A program made the translations under genes and the position numbers. DNA of 64,000 nt from an uncultured Clostridium sp. (lineage in GTDB: Bacteria; Bacillota; Clostridia; TANB77; CAG-508): the NCBI GenBank assembly GCA_900551615.1, contig URWN01000001.1, forward strand, positions 73,767 to 137,766, in the 5' to 3' direction. Shown piece by piece: positions 62,406 through 64,000 of this stretch (position 1 is the first letter of the stretch; every line of letters begins with the position of its first letter). Under the pieces are notes generated by a model. The model saw only the letters and a program-made list of their open reading frames with translations. It did not search any database and was not told where the DNA came from.

Positions 62406-63254
62406 TTGAAAGATTTAAGTAATAAAAATGTTGTACACATAAACAAAAATGGAGTACAGTACTTACAATTTAAAAAATTACTAGAATATAAAGACATAAT
62501 AACACATGCATATTCAATAGGAACAGATGTTAATTTTAGAACAGCAAGAGTAAATAAACAGGAATTGCCAGAACAAGAATTTAACAAAGCAATGCAAGAC
62601 TACAAAAATTTATGCAATGCAATAAATGCAGACTATAAAAATATAGTTAAAACAAATCAAGAACATACAGACAATATTGCAATTGCAAATAACAAAATAA
62701 ATAAAGACTTTCCAGATGTAAACTTAGAAGAATACAATAAAACAGATGGAATTATAACTCAAAAATCAAATTTAGTATTGTCAACTACAAATGCAGATTG
62801 TATATTACTATTATTCTTTGATCCAATAACAAAAACAATAGCAAATGTACATTCTGGATGGAAGGGCACATTGCAAAGAATTTCAGTAAAAACAGTAGAG
62901 AAAATGATAAATCAATTACATTGTAAGCCAGAAAATATTATATGTTGCATTTGTCCAAGCATTAGAAAATGTCACTTTGAAGTAGATAAAGATGTTAAAG
63001 AATTATTTGAAAGTGAATTTAGAGAGTTGAATATAAACGAAAATACTGATATAATGGAAAAGCAAAAAGATAAGGAAAAATGGAACATAGATACAGTTTT
63101 AATTAACAAAATTATATTGGAACGAGCAGGACTAAAAAAAGAAAATATTATTGATAGTGGAATTTGCAGTGTTTGTAATAAAGAACAGATTCATTCTTTT
63201 AGAGTAGAAAAAAAAGGATATGGATTAAATACTGCATTAATTTCGCTAAAATGA
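62406..63254 (+). CDS. pgeF: peptidoglycan editing factor PgeF / YlmD (DUF152, laccase-domain) family protein
   Basis: TADC..L.......VHSGWKGT, C.C...C.FEV, ICS.C family pattern. TTG start after AAGGAG. Confidence 0.85.
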   Translation: MKDLSNKNVVHINKNGVQYLQFKKLLEYKDIITHAYSIGTDVNFRTARVNKQELPEQEFNKAMQDYKNLCNAINADYKNIVKTNQEHTDNIAIANNKINKDFPDVNLEEYNKTDGIITQKSNLVLSTTNADCILLLFFDPITKTIANVHSGWKGTLQRISVKTVEKMINQLHCKPENIICCICPSIRKCHFEVDKDVKELFESEFRELNINENTDIMEKQKDKEKWNIDTVLINKIILERAGLKKENIIDSGICSVCNKEQIHSFRVEKKGYGLNTALISLK

Positions 63255-63281
63255 GACAAAAGGGACGGACTAATTTTGTCT
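63254..63281 (+). terminator. hairpin AGACAAAA-GGGACGGACTAA-TTTTGTCT (GAGACAA/GGGACG family)
   Basis: 8-bp stem 63254-63261 / 63274-63281 starting in the stop codon. Confidence 0.6.
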
Positions 63282-63308
63282 TACAAGAAAGGTAGAATAA
63301 GGTAGAAT

Positions 63309-64000
63309 ATGGAAGCAAAAGAAGAAAAACAAAGAATGAGAAAAATAAATATGAAACTATTTCCAATACACAAAATGTTATCATGGGATTTACTATTTTA
63401 TTATACAATAAACTTTTTATTTTTAACCCAAGTAAAAAACATGAATGCATCAGATGTAGTATTAACAGATAGTTTTTATGCATTATTTGTTATGGTTTTA
63501 CAAATACCAATAAATGTAATGATAGCATTTTTAGGAAAAAAGAAGAGTATAGTATTAGGAAATATTTCGCTTGTAATATATATAACTATAATAATTTTTA
63601 GTAGAAATATATATGATTTAATTTTAGCAAGTTTTATATCAGCAATAGGATTTGCACTAAAAGACACAGTACAAACAGCACTATTAAAAGAATCAGTACC
63701 ACCATCAAAATACAAAAATAAAATCTTTTCAAAGTTAAATTCAAAAGGTGCAACAGGTTATTATATAATAAATATGATTTCAAAAATTATAGCAGGATAC
63801 TTATTTACTATAAATGGATATTTACCAATGATATGCTCATTAATAGTTTTAATAATTTCAACAATAATATCTATGGGATTTATAGAACCTAACAAAAAGA
63901 CGAATACAAGCTTCAAAAAGACAATGCAGATGGATGAAATTAAAGACATAAAAGCAGGATTTAAATTTATTTTAAAATCAGAAAGATTAAAAGCACTAAT
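63309..64000 (+). CDS. MFS-type transporter, 5' partial (runs off the window)
   Basis: Open frame from ATG 63309 to the window end, with several hydrophobic helices (MEAKEEKQRMRKINMKLFPIHKMLSWDLLFYYTINFLFL...). Not in the track because no stop codon is reached. Confidence 0.6.
   Translation, partial: MEAKEEKQRMRKINMKLFPIHKMLSWDLLFYYTINFLFLTQVKNMNASDVVLTDSFYALFVMVLQIPINVMIAFLGKKKSIVLGNISLVIYITIIIFSRNIYDLILASFISAIGFALKDTVQTALLKESVPPSKYKNKIFSKLNSKGATGYYIINMISKIIAGYLFTINGYLPMICSLIVLIISTIISMGFIEPNKKTNTSFKKTMQMDEIKDIKAGFKFILKSERLKAL

Noticed and set aside
1-64000. Scan for CRISPR arrays, tRNA/rRNA/tmRNA genes, transposases, integrases, phage modules, restriction-modification systems and known multi-gene defence systems
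   Set aside because: I found no regularly spaced direct repeats with unique spacers and no GC-rich cloverleaf-sized segments. None of the ORF products carry the hallmark motifs of these classes. The only related item is the Rpn-like gene at 18904.

Overview
By eye the window is very AT-rich, roughly 25-30% GC. It looks like core chromosome of an endospore-forming, low-GC Firmicute (Clostridia-like). About 45 of the roughly 55 genes are on the + strand, and coding strands are strongly A-rich. That bias creates many spurious Leu/Phe-rich antisense ORFs in the six-frame track.

Recognisable content:
- DNA repair and replication: ruvA, rarA, comM, dprA, dnaG-sigA, ogg, addB.
- Isoprenoid synthesis: ispG, ispH.
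- Cell wall: a PASTA-domain PBP, a sortase, M23 and M15 peptidases, pgeF.
- Sporulation: spoIIID, veg, yabG.
- Fermentation: adhE.
- Signalling: a RelP/RelQ alarmone synthetase, two OmpR-type regulators (one orphan), one histidine kinase, and a tandem GGDEF protein.
- Other: a 2732-aa GT84+GH94 cyclic-beta-1,2-glucan-synthase-like protein, two patatin-like lipases, a WG-repeat protein, nifS, rnc and rsmA.

I saw no rRNA, tRNA, CRISPR array, transposase, integrase or phage genes.

The signals that ordinary annotation does not explain are mostly non-coding:
1. A family of ~190-210 nt imperfect-palindrome elements (21974-22162, 34211-34421, 43604-43808, plus a half copy at 45681-45747). The core is conserved, while the long arms differ between copies yet stay self-complementary within each copy.
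2. A type I toxin-antitoxin-like cassette at 65-398, with two convergent consensus promoters around a 37-aa hydrophobic ORF.
3. A GC-rich ~30-nt hairpin motif present three times in short gene gaps.
4. A 38-nt repeat carrying a 17-bp perfect palindrome, present twice.
5. A GC-rich decamer tandem repeat with G-tracts upstream of ispG.
6. Three direct repeats abutting the promoter of a DUF4143-type ATPase gene.

Three genes (dprA, an M15 peptidase, yabG) are each broken by a single-base frameshift. A TSUP/TauE-type permease is encoded as two half-size genes.

Every functional call comes from motif recognition by eye. No database search was run.
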